Assembly: GCA_963662245.2 (NCBI GenBank)
Contig: CAXXVQ010000010.1
Location: 4,613-68,612, forward strand
Reading direction: 5' to 3'
From: Paludibacteraceae bacterium
GTDB lineage: Bacteria > Bacteroidota > Bacteroidia > Bacteroidales > Paludibacteraceae
DNA: 64,000 nucleotides
Position 1 is the first letter of the stretch; each line of letters opens with the position of its first letter. Below the pieces are notes generated by a model. It searched no databases. It saw only the letters and a program-made list of their open reading frames with translations, and had not been told where the DNA came from. Below, piece by piece: positions 1 through 10,542 of this stretch. The position numbers were made by a program, and so were the translations under genes.

Positions 1-879
1 GTTAAAGTAAGCTTTACAAACTTGAGTAAAGATGCAGATAGTTTGATTTGGAGTTTTGGTGATGGTACATATTCGTATGATACTAACCCAACACATGTTT
101 ATACAACATCCGGAAACTATAGTGTTCAGTTAATTGCAAGAGATACAATATTGCATATTGACAGTACGCTCACAGTAAATGTCCCTGTAACAGTTTATAG
201 CTCACCGGTCATTAACTTAGGTTCAGATAAAACTATCTGTGATTATGATTCTGTACAACTTATGGTTAATGACGAATATCAGACTTATATGTGGAATGGC
301 ATATCCGGTGATTCATCTATCTATAGCAAAGGAGGAACCCATATTTTGGAAGTAACAGATATAAATGGTTGTAAAGCTTTAGATACTGTAATTGTAGAGC
401 TTTTTGTAAGACCAACAACCCCTGTTATTGTGAAAGAAGGGGATAGTTTGACAACAAATCCAATTACAGAAGGAACCTTACAATGGTATAAGGATAACTC
501 TGCTATTAATGATGCTGATTCTACAGTATATAAACCAATAGAAACAGCTAGTTACCATGTAGCTGTTAACTCAAATGATGGTTGTTATACCATAAACTCA
601 AACATTATTAATGTAGTAATCTCTGCAATAATGGAAACGGGCATTGCAAATATTACTTTGTATCCTAACCCAACTGTTGATAAGCTATATTTCTCACATA
701 ATCTGTATGGTGCTTATAGCCTTCATGTTTATGATGTAGAAGGGCAGAGGTTGATTAACTTCAGACAAAATACTCAATCTGGTAGCATTGATGTGTCTGA
801 CTTAAATAAAGGTGTGTATGTACTCGTATTTGAACAAAATGGACAAGTGAAACACATGCAACGATTTATCAAAAAATAG
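1..879 (+). CDS. secreted PKD-domain protein with T9SS (Por) C-terminal sorting domain; 5' end outside window
   Basis: Frame is open from nt 1. WSFGDG...PTHVY..SGNYSV is a PKD-like motif. The C-terminal LYPNP...KGVYVL pattern is typical of T9SS cargo. Confidence 0.7.
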   Translation, partial: VKVSFTNLSKDADSLIWSFGDGTYSYDTNPTHVYTTSGNYSVQLIARDTILHIDSTLTVNVPVTVYSSPVINLGSDKTICDYDSVQLMVNDEYQTYMWNGISGDSSIYSKGGTHILEVTDINGCKALDTVIVELFVRPTTPVIVKEGDSLTTNPITEGTLQWYKDNSAINDADSTVYKPIETASYHVAVNSNDGCYTINSNIINVVISAIMETGIANITLYPNPTVDKLYFSHNLYGAYSLHVYDVEGQRLINFRQNTQSGSIDVSDLNKGVYVLVFEQNGQVKHMQRFIKK

Positions 880-897
880 TGTTGAATCTTTATAAAT

Positions 898-934
898 AAA
901 AGGCCCCATCGAATCTTTCGGTGGGGCCTTTTTG
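898..934. terminator. bidirectional intrinsic terminator
   Basis: An 11-bp stem AGGCCCCATCG/CGGTGGGGCCT (one G-U) with a 7-nt loop, flanked by an A-run and a T-run, between convergent genes. Confidence 0.7.
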
Positions 935-951
935 CTTATTTTGGGAACTGA

Positions 952-1296
952 TTAACTTTCGTAATCATCATAATAATAATTCATAATGTGTTTCTTCTGA
1001 TGCTCTTGTACAGCATTTATAAAACCGAAGATAATACCAATTCCTGCAAATATGTAAAGGACTGTAAATACCTTACCAAAATCGGTTTGAGGAGAAAGAT
1101 CTCCATAGCCGACAGTAGTTAGGGTAGTAGCAGAAAAGTAAAATGCATCAATCCAGCCAAAACCTTCTACATAATGATAAAATACTGTTCCAACCATAAG
1201 TGTTGTAACACAAGCTATGGATAAAGCTCGATAAATTTTATCTTCAAAAAAAGTAACAGTATTTCTTATGATTCTATTTTTTATGAATTTTCTCAT
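952..1296 (-). CDS. minimal two-TM potassium channel
   Basis: 114 aa with two hydrophobic segments flanking the selectivity-filter signature TTVGYGD. Confidence 0.8.
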   Translation of the reverse strand: MRKFIKNRIIRNTVTFFEDKIYRALSIACVTTLMVGTVFYHYVEGFGWIDAFYFSATTLTTVGYGDLSPQTDFGKVFTVLYIFAGIGIIFGFINAVQEHQKKHIMNYYYDDYES

Positions 1297-1453
1297 AAAG
1301 AATTATTTTGAGGATTTTTGTCAATCTGTTTTCGGCGTTAAGATACATAAAAAACTAAATTGTAACCAAAGTTTAAAATGCATAAATATTAATAATAGAA
1401 AAGCCCTCTATATTTATTATAAAGGGCTTTTTAAAATTTACATGGCAAATATT

Positions 1454-4348
1454 CTATCTGACAATAATTTTAGTAGAGTATTCGCAGGTTCTTCCTTTTA
1501 TTCTTAATATGTAACTACCATTAGGTAATGTCTTTTTTAGAGATATATTTAGAGCGTGAACTCCAGCCTCTAATAATCCAAAATCAGCTATAAATACTTG
1601 TTTACCTGACAAGTCTGTAATTAATAGATTTATTTGATCTGAGTTCTGTAAATTGAATAATACAGATGCATTATCAATAACCGGATTTGGACTTACAGAA
1701 ACTGAACTTATTTTAGCATTATCCGATCCACCTACAGTTGCATATTTGTATATTGTATTTTTACCTAAATCAATTGCAAAATTTACATTTGAAACTATTT
1801 CTCCATCTTGAATAGTCACATTGTAGCTTTCTGTTTGAGTAAATCCGATTCGTTCAAATAAGATTCCGTATGTTCCTGAAGGCAAGTTCCTGAAAGAGAA
1901 AGCTCCACTTGTATCCGGAGTTGTAGAAGCAATGATATTGCCGTAACTATCAGTTAAATAAATATTTACACTATAATTAGTGGTTGTATTTGCACTTCTC
2001 ATTGTTAATAATTCACCCACCGTTCCGGAAATAACCGCCTGACCGGTCATAATTACTGTAGAATTTTTTGATGCCAACAAGAAATTAATCGTAGTATCTG
2101 TTTCACAAGAAATATTAATTGGAGTGGTAGATAACCAACTTGTTGAACCATCATGATAAGTATCTACAAAAGGATTTTCACCACTAAAACTATAACTTAC
2201 AAAATGTGCTTTCAATAAGTATTCGCCGGCTGTAAGTGAGTCAAAGGTAGCAAACTGAGGAAGATTCTTAGTTTGATACAAGTCATAATTGCCATTGTCA
2301 TTTTTCTTGTATAACTGACCCTGAACATCATTGCTTCCAGTCATTCCTCCTTGCAAGAAAGAAGCATTGATTTTACCGTATCCAAATTGAACATTAACAG
2401 AATCAAGTGTTATGCAAGCTCCATTGCTAATGTGTACATAATATGTTCCGGCTTGAGTTATTTTTCTAATGTTTTCATGAGTTTCACCTTCAAGAAGGCT
2501 CCATAGGTAAGTGTTTTCAGGCGAACCTGCATTTACGCTTACTGTATCTCCTAAACAGCCATGTACAATACCTTTAGGAAGAATCATTGGTGCCGGCTCT
2601 TTTACACTTATGTTAATTGTATCCTTAATGCTGCCTAATGTATTTGTCAGTGTAACTATATACTCCCCGCTATTTTTCACTACAATTGATGAACTTGTTT
2701 CTCCTGTATTCCAGCTATATGACATACCAATACCTGCTTTAGGTTTAAGAGTTACTGAATCTCCCTGACAAATTGTTTTATCATCACCTAATGCGTTTTT
2801 TGTAAGAGCTTCATCTGCAAATTCAATAGTGAATTTTGTGATACTACCCTCAAAACTTGTAAAGTTCAAAGAGTCCAGTTTCTTTTCTAGGGTGTTTGAT
2901 AATTGGAAGAATCGGCTTGAAAGTCCATATTCTCCGCCAATTCCTGGATAAATTGTGTTTTCAAAATATCGATAATCAACTGTATCATTTTGAGCTTTAA
3001 TTATTGCCATAACCGGACAATTATTTCCAGTCATAAGACCTTTTATTGTATATATTGTAGAATCAAACGCAGATAAATCTACTTGTAATCCTTTTAGAGC
3101 AGGATATGAAATTAATGCAGCTATAGAATCTTCATTAAAAGTTATTGTATCACCGTCAAATAAATTGTATTCACGATGTAGCTTCATTGGTATATCTTTT
3201 ATTTTAAAATCAAAATAACCAACGGTATGCATTGCTGTATCTCCATAAACATCAACTTTTTCTTGGTTATTTGTAACCCATTTAAGGTTTTCTTTTTTAT
3301 CTGTTTCAAAATTGATGTTTAATGTGTTTCTAATTGCTGCTGTAGAGAATGGAATAACAATGTCATCATCTTTTGGCCAAGGGTTATTATTCTCATCTGT
3401 TAAAAAACCAACAGGAATAGTTAGAATATACTTGCTTGATGGCGATAAATACGACTCTAAATCAAAGCTAACTTCGTTTTTATATACTTGAATTTTACTT
3501 ACTGAAATGCCAACAGTAAAGTTATTTGCAGGGCACTGAAGAGTAAGTCCTGATTTTACTTCTACTGTTTCATTAAATGTGAAAGAAGCAACTGAGATTA
3601 AAGAAATTCCTGTTTGATTCTCAACCGGAAAGCTTTTTTCAAGCTCCGGAGAAACTGAATCAGGTGCTAATATCGAAAAATTACCTGATTGAGAATAGGT
3701 GCTTGAACCATACTTGTTGTAATTAGAGTTATAACTAAGATTTTTACGAGTTAAATATGGAGAACCGCTTTGATTCCCTCTATATTTATAATCTCTTGCT
3801 ACTTTTTGGCTAACTTCGAAGTACAATGAATCCATTTCGACTACAGTAAAGTCAGTTTTTGATAAACCCGGAGGAATATCAGAATATCCGGAGTAGGAGC
3901 CTTCATAATTTTTTTCGCGCATCCAACCAAAGGTAGTTACGAAAGTGGTGTCATTTGATGATGATACTTGAAATACAGTAATGTGTTCACCTATATAACC
4001 TGTTGTATAAAGCTTTATGGAACTTGAACTTCCCGCTGTTTTAACAAAGTTGGAATTGTTATAGGTAGGAATAATTGTTCCTGCGGTTATGTTTTCAGGA
4101 GCTGTAAATTTATAAATTCCATCAGAACCCGTTGAAGTGTCAAAACCACCGAGAGATTGTTTATAGAAATAATCAGTGAAGAAAAATTCTGTACCGGCTT
4201 GAATATCTACTAAAGGTACGAAGTCAATGCAATGACTGGTATAATTTACCTGTGCGATAGCAATATCACCGGCTTTTAAGACCGTTTGGGACTGAACTAT
4301 TGAGACATAACTCAATAATAATACAAGATTGATAAATAGTTTTTTCAT
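1454..4348 (-). CDS. large secreted protein with T9SS C-terminal sorting domain
   Basis: 964 aa. N-terminal signal peptide, Ig-like repeat segments (CQGDSVTL, CLGDTVSV), and a C-terminal SPNPV...GSYILRI sorting-domain pattern. Confidence 0.7.
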   Translation of the reverse strand: MKKLFINLVLLLSYVSIVQSQTVLKAGDIAIAQVNYTSHCIDFVPLVDIQAGTEFFFTDYFYKQSLGGFDTSTGSDGIYKFTAPENITAGTIIPTYNNSNFVKTAGSSSSIKLYTTGYIGEHITVFQVSSSNDTTFVTTFGWMREKNYEGSYSGYSDIPPGLSKTDFTVVEMDSLYFEVSQKVARDYKYRGNQSGSPYLTRKNLSYNSNYNKYGSSTYSQSGNFSILAPDSVSPELEKSFPVENQTGISLISVASFTFNETVEVKSGLTLQCPANNFTVGISVSKIQVYKNEVSFDLESYLSPSSKYILTIPVGFLTDENNNPWPKDDDIVIPFSTAAIRNTLNINFETDKKENLKWVTNNQEKVDVYGDTAMHTVGYFDFKIKDIPMKLHREYNLFDGDTITFNEDSIAALISYPALKGLQVDLSAFDSTIYTIKGLMTGNNCPVMAIIKAQNDTVDYRYFENTIYPGIGGEYGLSSRFFQLSNTLEKKLDSLNFTSFEGSITKFTIEFADEALTKNALGDDKTICQGDSVTLKPKAGIGMSYSWNTGETSSSIVVKNSGEYIVTLTNTLGSIKDTINISVKEPAPMILPKGIVHGCLGDTVSVNAGSPENTYLWSLLEGETHENIRKITQAGTYYVHISNGACITLDSVNVQFGYGKINASFLQGGMTGSNDVQGQLYKKNDNGNYDLYQTKNLPQFATFDSLTAGEYLLKAHFVSYSFSGENPFVDTYHDGSTSWLSTTPINISCETDTTINFLLASKNSTVIMTGQAVISGTVGELLTMRSANTTTNYSVNIYLTDSYGNIIASTTPDTSGAFSFRNLPSGTYGILFERIGFTQTESYNVTIQDGEIVSNVNFAIDLGKNTIYKYATVGGSDNAKISSVSVSPNPVIDNASVLFNLQNSDQINLLITDLSGKQVFIADFGLLEAGVHALNISLKKTLPNGSYILRIKGRTCEYSTKIIVR

Positions 4349-4452
4349 GTTTTTATATGTGTTTAAAATTAAATTTTAGGCAGAATTTTAACACACAAAG
4401 AAAACATGATATGCAAAGAGAGTGCTGTAAAAAACCGCCAAAAGAATGTTTG

Positions 4453-5268
4453 TCAAGAAATTAATTTCTTTGCAAAATCATTTTTAAGTGCAAGATAATC
4501 AATAGGTTTTACTGATGTGAATTTAATGAAATCCTTTTGAAAATGGGAGTAATCATAATAATACCCTTCCAAAACCATATCATTCCATTTTAAATCTGGA
4601 TTCTGATACATTAATCCCAAAATATATTTATGTCTGAGAATTTGACAAAATGTTTTTGGATTTACACCTATTCGCTCCATAAAATAACGCAAAAAGGATC
4701 TATCAGAAACTTTATCTATAATAAGTTCATAAGGATTTATCAATCCATTATTTTCTACAATTTTATCAACAATTGAATCTAAATAATCATTAGCTTGTAT
4801 AGGCTTTTGGTATTTAAGAAGTAGTGATTCGAGTTCTATTATTGTGTTTTCATTAACACCACTTATAATTAGCTGATCTTCAATGTGACTCAGTTCACTT
4901 TTTGAAAAAACCATATTTGCAGGAATTCCAGTATTTTTTAGTGACTTAGGCGATATACCAAGCAAGTTATAAAGCCCATATGGTTTAAAATTGATTCCCA
5001 ATAATTTCGTGCCTGGTTCAGGTTGAAGTAAAATGTGCTTGGTTACTTGACCAATAATCATTGATTCGCAAGTATATTGCTCGTGATTATAATAATTTCC
5101 TTTTTGACCATAATGTATAAGCCATACAGGATGACCTAAAGGTGGAACTGTAACATTACCTTCTTTAGATATATCTGGTTCAAAATCAAAAACAAAATAG
5201 CTGTCAATATACCTATTCAATAATGAATTGAGGGGAAATAGGATTGTTCTATTAGTTTTCATGTTCAA
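4453..5268 (-). CDS. AraC-family transcriptional regulator
   Basis: C-terminal helix-turn-helix pattern (FLRYFMERIGVNPKTFCQILR...) of the AraC/XylS type. Confidence 0.6.
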   Translation of the reverse strand: MNMKTNRTILFPLNSLLNRYIDSYFVFDFEPDISKEGNVTVPPLGHPVWLIHYGQKGNYYNHEQYTCESMIIGQVTKHILLQPEPGTKLLGINFKPYGLYNLLGISPKSLKNTGIPANMVFSKSELSHIEDQLIISGVNENTIIELESLLLKYQKPIQANDYLDSIVDKIVENNGLINPYELIIDKVSDRSFLRYFMERIGVNPKTFCQILRHKYILGLMYQNPDLKWNDMVLEGYYYDYSHFQKDFIKFTSVKPIDYLALKNDFAKKLIS

Positions 5269-5375
5269 TAAAAATAAGTGAATGTAAAGATATATTTTAA
5301 CTATACATATTGGTTATAAAAAAACTCCAAAACTTAATGTAAGCTTGGAGTTTTTAAATATTCTAGAATATACAG

Positions 5376-5861
5376 TTAATCTAGTTTCTTAGACCAAAAG
5401 AACATCTTAGGTTTTGCATCAGCAAATTCGCTATCAATATATAATGTTTGTGCTTTTACATTATCTTCTCTAACCTCTAAAGTTACTTTACAGCAGTTCT
5501 TTTCTTTAGCTGTTTCAATCACTTTATCAAGCAACATTCTACCATATCCTTTACCTCTAAATACGGGGTCTACAATAATATCATGTAGATTCAAATATGG
5601 TTTTGCATGGAAGGTTGAGAAGTTTTCAAAGAATGTTACCAAACCTACAGCATCATTCCCATGAATTGCGAATAACACATACGCACATGGATTTGTATTT
5701 AAACCATCAACCAAACGCAATTGTTGAAGTTTTGTTAGGGGAGTTCCACCACCCATTTCGTCTTCGATATATATATTGATTAGTTCTACTAATCTATTTA
5801 AATGAGCAGGATTATTATAATCGCAGTACTCAAATTCTACTTCTTCCGGATTTATTTTCAT
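5376..5861 (-). CDS. GNAT family N-acetyltransferase
   Basis: Acetyl-CoA binding motif VDPVFRGKGYGRMLL in a 161-aa protein. Confidence 0.75.
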   Translation of the reverse strand: MKINPEEVEFEYCDYNNPAHLNRLVELINIYIEDEMGGGTPLTKLQQLRLVDGLNTNPCAYVLFAIHGNDAVGLVTFFENFSTFHAKPYLNLHDIIVDPVFRGKGYGRMLLDKVIETAKEKNCCKVTLEVREDNVKAQTLYIDSEFADAKPKMFFWSKKLD

Positions 5862-5941
5862 AACAGCAATTTCAAATTTAAGATTCCTGATTTCAAGTTG
5901 TTTTTAATGTGAAATTTGGAATATGAAATATTAAATTTCTT

Positions 5942-7516
5942 TTATTCGTCTTTCGCTTTTTGAGTTTTAAAACGACGAGCATCAATATCATATTTCTTTA
6001 ATCTAATACCCATCATTCTCTCTGTTATACCCATTTTCTCAGCAGCTTTAGTAATATTACCTTTTGTGCTGATTAAGCTATCTTGAATAATTTGTTTCTC
6101 TAATTTACCAAGTATTGTTTCCAATGTGCCTTGAGCTGCTGAATTTGATGAAACTGCATTTTGTAGAGTAGGAGGTAAATCATGTGAACGGATTACCCCA
6201 TCTTGACTCAAAATACAAGCACGCTCCATACAGTTTTCAAGCTCACGAATATTACCGGGCCAGTGATACACCATAAGCATATCAATTGCTGATGCAGAAA
6301 TGCGTTTGATGTTTTTACCATGCTTTTCGTTGAACTTTTCTACAAAGTGATCAGCTAACGCCGGAATATCATTGATACGCTCACGAAGAGATGGTACAAA
6401 GATTGGGAAAACATTGATTCGATAATATAAATCCTCGCGAAAGTGATCTTCTTTAATTAAATCCTCTAAATTGCGATTTGTAGCACAAATAACTCGAACA
6501 TCAACCTTTACCGGAGTAGAACTACCTAGGCGTTCAATTTCTCGTTGTTGTAATACACGAAGAAGTTTTACCTGAACTGGTGCAGGCACATCTCCAACCT
6601 CATCTAAGAATATTGTCCCTCCATTAGCAGCTTCAAAACGACCAATGCGTTGCGATGCAGCACCCGTAAAGGCTCCTTTTTCGTGACCAAATAACTCGCT
6701 TTCAATCAAACTTTCTGGCAATGCTGCACAGTTTACTTTGATAAAAGGCTTACCTTTTCGTAGACTGTTAAAGTGAATAGCTTCAGCAACCAATTCTTTA
6801 CCAACACCACTTTCACCTCTAATAAGTACTGTAGCATCAGTAGGGCTTACGCTTTCAATCAATGAAAACACTTCTTGCATTTTGCTAGAGTTCCCCTTTA
6901 TATTTGACGGAACAATGCGCTCCTTAAGGTTATTTTTAAGTGCGCGGTTTTCTTCGCGTAGAGTTGCTAGTTCTTCAATATTTTCTTGAATACGACGAAC
7001 AGCACGACCAATCATTGACCCTATGATGTATAATAATCGTTCATCATTGGCAAAGTTTAAACTTTGACGATATGTTTTGTGTAAACTTACCGTTCCAAGT
7101 ACTTCATATTTATAACGAATAGGAACACATATAAATGACACATCTTCTTTATCAATTTTTAGAGGTGCATTCGTTTTGTTTTTAAATCCAGGTGAAGCAG
7201 ATGTCTTGGGAACAACAACAGCTTCTCTAGTTTCAACAACGCGACCGATTATACCTTCACCTAACTTATAAGTAATATTCTTAATATCATCAAGATCAAT
7301 TCCATAAGTAGCTTCAAAATGAATAGTATCATTAGAACGATTGTGTGTAGTAAGTAGGATTCGTTCTGCGCCTAAGTGTTTACCCACCAAGTCCATAACC
7401 AATTGCAGGTTAATGTTTTTTTCAAATAGTGCATTACTGATTTCTAGTAACAGGTTTAATTCCCGCTTTCCGTAACAATCAGAATAAGCATCGCAATGTC
7501 CTGTTTGTAAACTCAT
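5942..7516 (-). CDS. sigma-54-dependent transcriptional activator, GAF-AAA+-Fis HTH (NifA-like)
   Basis: GESGVGKE Walker [16 protein letters not shown] (GAFTGA) motif, C-terminal Fis-type HTH, N-terminal GAF-sized domain, and a C-x4-C (NCMERAC) near the end of the AAA+ domain. It neighbours Mo and nif genes. Confidence 0.75.
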   Translation of the reverse strand: MSLQTGHCDAYSDCYGKRELNLLLEISNALFEKNINLQLVMDLVGKHLGAERILLTTHNRSNDTIHFEATYGIDLDDIKNITYKLGEGIIGRVVETREAVVVPKTSASPGFKNKTNAPLKIDKEDVSFICVPIRYKYEVLGTVSLHKTYRQSLNFANDERLLYIIGSMIGRAVRRIQENIEELATLREENRALKNNLKERIVPSNIKGNSSKMQEVFSLIESVSPTDATVLIRGESGVGKELVAEAIHFNSLRKGKPFIKVNCAALPESLIESELFGHEKGAFTGAASQRIGRFEAANGGTIFLDEVGDVPAPVQVKLLRVLQQREIERLGSSTPVKVDVRVICATNRNLEDLIKEDHFREDLYYRINVFPIFVPSLRERINDIPALADHFVEKFNEKHGKNIKRISASAIDMLMVYHWPGNIRELENCMERACILSQDGVIRSHDLPPTLQNAVSSNSAAQGTLETILGKLEKQIIQDSLISTKGNITKAAEKMGITERMMGIRLKKYDIDARRFKTQKAKDE

Positions 7517-7794
7517 TTTGTTCGGTTTTTTAGATTAGTAGTTTGTGTGTGTCTCATAAAATCAGATCAATGCAGTCATAATGATAGCATATCAATAATA
7601 TTAGTATCAATATGATTATTGCACAAAGATATATCATAATGATTTTATATCAAATATATTTTTGTCTTTTATAACATTTTAGTTTGGTATTACTTACATT
7701 TTGGTCATGATATGTAATAATGTATTACAAATATGTCAAAATATATAGCAAAGCAAATACGCTTAAATGCCTATATATCAAGAAATTACAACAA

Positions 7795-7810
7795 TGGCAC
7801 GATAATAGTA
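7795..7810 (+). promoter_or_regulatory. candidate sigma-54 (-24/-12) promoter for the TsaA-like/Mop/ModE-N operon
   Basis: TGGCACG-ATAA-TAGTA. The -24 half is perfect; -12 keeps T and G at the correct GG-N10-G spacing. It lies about 75 nt upstream of the ATG at 7886. Confidence 0.4.
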
Positions 7811-7885
7811 AAAACTGAAAAATAAAAAAACACATATATGTCGTTATAAATTGAATTTGATAACGGCTTTGAAAAAGGGGGGTAT

Positions 7886-8401
7886 ATGACAAATTTTGGA
7901 AATAACACAATAAGCTTTGAACCGATTGGTGTCATCCATACAGAGTTTAAAGAGGTAGAAGATATTCCAATTCATCCATTTAGTGGAAAGGAAGCAAAAG
8001 GATACATTGAACTTTTACCAAAATTCGAAGCGGCATTAAAAGACTTAGAAGGCTTTACTCATATTACATTAATATATTATCTACACAAAGCTGAGGAATA
8101 TGAGTTGGAAGTAACACCTTATATAGATACTGAGCCTCATGGAGTTTTTGCAACGAGAGTAGCTGCAAGACCAAATCCAATAGGTTTATCTACCGTTCGA
8201 CTTGAGAATATTAAAGGTAATATTATTAATATCACAGAGCTCGACATCATGGATGGTACACCTCTATTAGATATTAAACCTTACTATAAGTTATTTGACA
8301 ACCGAATGACAGCGGTATCCGGATGGCTTGAAAATATTAAAGATCTTTCAAAAGCTAAAGCACCGGTTATTAAGAAAAGAAAACCTACTACCGAAGATTG
8401 A
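7886..8401 (+). CDS. TsaA/TrmO (YaeB)-family SAM-dependent methyltransferase-like protein
   Basis: PIGVIHTEF..., GFTHITLIYYLH, GVFATRVAARPNPIGLS and GTPLLDIKPY are the characteristic family blocks. Confidence 0.7.
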   Translation: MTNFGNNTISFEPIGVIHTEFKEVEDIPIHPFSGKEAKGYIELLPKFEAALKDLEGFTHITLIYYLHKAEEYELEVTPYIDTEPHGVFATRVAARPNPIGLSTVRLENIKGNIINITELDIMDGTPLLDIKPYYKLFDNRMTAVSGWLENIKDLSKAKAPVIKKRKPTTED

Positions 8402-8423
8402 TTAACCATAAAAAACTACTAAA

Positions 8424-8636
8424 ATGAAATTAAGTGCAAGAAATACCTTAAAAGGTAAAATCGTAGAAATTAAGCCTGGTGTTGTTACTGCAAAAATAAA
8501 ACTAGACTTGGGAAATGACAATGTTATTAATGCCATTATCTCTGTTGATAGTATTGATGATCTAGAATTGAAAGTAGGGGACGAAGCTTTTGCTATTGTC
8601 AAGTCTACGGAAGTAATGATTGGAAAAGAGGAGTAA
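8424..8636 (+). CDS. mop: molybdenum-pterin binding protein (molbindin, TOBE domain)
   Basis: 70 aa. The MKLSARNTLKGKIVEI...G start is typical of Mop/TOBE proteins. Confidence 0.8.
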   Translation: MKLSARNTLKGKIVEIKPGVVTAKIKLDLGNDNVINAIISVDSIDDLELKVGDEAFAIVKSTEVMIGKEE

Positions 8637-8641
8637 ATATC

Positions 8642-8998
8642 ATGGATTTATGTTCGAAATATTCAATTGATGGTGCTTTTGTAATTCACAAAGACGGCGA
8701 GGTGTTCTTTGGTCCGACACAATATAAATTATTGCGCCAGATTATCAAAGATGGTTCTATCAATGCGGCATCCAAAAGCTTGAATATTTCATATCAACAT
8801 GCATGGTCCGTAATTGATAAGATGAACAAACTCGGTCAAATACCTATTGTTATCCGACAAAAAGGTGGTAAAGATGGAGGAGGTTGCCGTATTAGCGAAT
8901 ACGGTATGAAACTATACGAAGAATTTTCACGCAGAGAACAAATGTTCAAAGAATTTCTTGAATTAATGAACGATGGTTTAGATGGAGACTTTCTGTAG
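8642..8998 (+). CDS. ModE N-terminal-domain-like winged-helix regulator
   Basis: AASKSLNISYQHAWSVIDKMNKL...GGKDGGG matches the ModE N-terminal HTH block. It lacks Mop repeats. Confidence 0.65.
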   Translation: MDLCSKYSIDGAFVIHKDGEVFFGPTQYKLLRQIIKDGSINAASKSLNISYQHAWSVIDKMNKLGQIPIVIRQKGGKDGGGCRISEYGMKLYEEFSRREQMFKEFLELMNDGLDGDFL

Positions 8999-9205
8999 TT
9001 TTATTTACTAGGCGTTATCTTTTTTATAGATAAAGATACTTCGACTACGCTCAGCAATAAAGACACGGCGACTGAGCAAAGCCAAACTAAAACTATCAGT
9101 ATCTGAGCGAAGTCGAAGATAAGAAAAACCGATGCACACTCACCGGAAAATGAAATGATGCATCGGTTAAATAAATAAAATTTATTCATTACAAATTTAC
9201 AAATT

Positions 9206-10492
9206 ATGAACCGAATGATGAAAAAGCAAGGAGTATTATTTACTCTTATTGCTATGGGCATAGCAGGTGCTAATGCTCAGAAAGTGACTGTTAATGCAGA
9301 ATTCAGACCGCGAACTGAGTATCGTAAAGGCTATAAAAAACCTTTGGCAGATAGTGTCGATGCAGCTCTGGTTACTATCCAACGCACCAGACTTGGGGTT
9401 GATTACAAAAGCAATGCCTTGCAAGCTAAAGTTACTTTACAAGCATCAAGTGTTTTTGGAGAAACAACTACAAAAGAAGGAACAAGCGTAGGTGTATACG
9501 AAGCTTGGGCTGATGTATTATTATTAAATGGATTAAGTTTAAAAGCTGGTCGTCAGGGGGTTCAGTATGAAGATGGTCGCTTGTTCAGCAAAGCAAACTG
9601 GAGTAACACCGGTAATGCTCATGACTTAGGTTTATTAAAGTACCGCTCAACTATTGTAGATGCAGATTTAGGTTTTGCCTATGGAAATGCATCTTTAGTT
9701 TCTCAAGAATCTGCTTATACAGTTGACAAAATGTACAAAACATTAGCATTTGGTCACTTTGAAAAAGGACTTGATAATGGTCTGAAATTTACAGTTTTAG
9801 GAGTGGATGAAGGTTACCAAGAAGGTACAACTAACGAACTCATTAAGAAGAACTATCATCGATACACAGCAGGAGGTACCGTTGCTTTAAAGAATGATTC
9901 TTTACCCATTGATTTCTTATTTACCGGTTATTATCAATTTGGCGACGGAACGCTTCCCGGTAAAACTGACTACCTAGATTTGAATGCTTATTTATTATCT
10001 ATCAAAGCAAATTATGCTATCACTAAAGCATTTGGTCTTTCATTAGGTTATGATTATTTCTCAGGCACAACTACTGAAGATCTAGCAAAAGGAGAGGAAG
10101 TAAATACTTTCAATAGATTTAGTTTCTCAGGTAACCACGGATTTAATGGTTATATGGACTACTGGGCAACACTACCTAATGGTGGTTTAAGCAATATTTA
10201 CGGAGGAGCCGGATATAAATTTAACAAGAAACTAAAAATCAATGCCATGTACTATTTATTCAGTTTAGCTGAAGATATGAGTGGGATTGACAGCAAGGAT
10301 TTAGGTTCGGAACTGGACATTACTTTAGATTATAAACTAAGCAAGGAAACAGCATTGCAACTTGGTTGGTCTACATACTTCACAACTAAAAGTTACGATT
10401 CTTTAAAGAAACAAACAGGAGTGGACACACAGTCTCCTCAGTACGCATATATTATGTTAACTATAAAACCTGAGATTTTTTCTAATAAATAG
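9206..10492 (+). CDS. outer-membrane beta-barrel porin (probable oxyanion channel upstream of modABC)
   Basis: Signal peptide, alternating beta-strand pattern, and a C-terminal aromatic residue region. Its position directly upstream of modA supports the role. Confidence 0.5.
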   Translation: MNRMMKKQGVLFTLIAMGIAGANAQKVTVNAEFRPRTEYRKGYKKPLADSVDAALVTIQRTRLGVDYKSNALQAKVTLQASSVFGETTTKEGTSVGVYEAWADVLLLNGLSLKAGRQGVQYEDGRLFSKANWSNTGNAHDLGLLKYRSTIVDADLGFAYGNASLVSQESAYTVDKMYKTLAFGHFEKGLDNGLKFTVLGVDEGYQEGTTNELIKKNYHRYTAGGTVALKNDSLPIDFLFTGYYQFGDGTLPGKTDYLDLNAYLLSIKANYAITKAFGLSLGYDYFSGTTTEDLAKGEEVNTFNRFSFSGNHGFNGYMDYWATLPNGGLSNIYGGAGYKFNKKLKINAMYYLFSLAEDMSGIDSKDLGSELDITLDYKLSKETALQLGWSTYFTTKSYDSLKKQTGVDTQSPQYAYIMLTIKPEIFSNK

Positions 10493-10542
10493 AACTAGAA
10501 AAGTGGGGGATTGAATATTAAAACAAGATAAAATTAAGAATT

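Noticed and set aside
7725-7910. The 61-aa minus-strand ORF in the nifA-like/tsaA-like intergenic region. Similar ORFs occur at 9001-9261 and 1268-1507.
   Set aside because: These are AT-rich intergenic translations with low-complexity, hydrophobic sequence. They overlap the promoter or leader regions and the starts of real genes.
9001-9205. A Moco (molybdenum cofactor) riboswitch upstream of porin-modABC.
   Set aside because: I could not find the conserved Moco-motif sequence blocks by eye; only generic hairpins are visible. It is reported as an unclassified structured leader instead.
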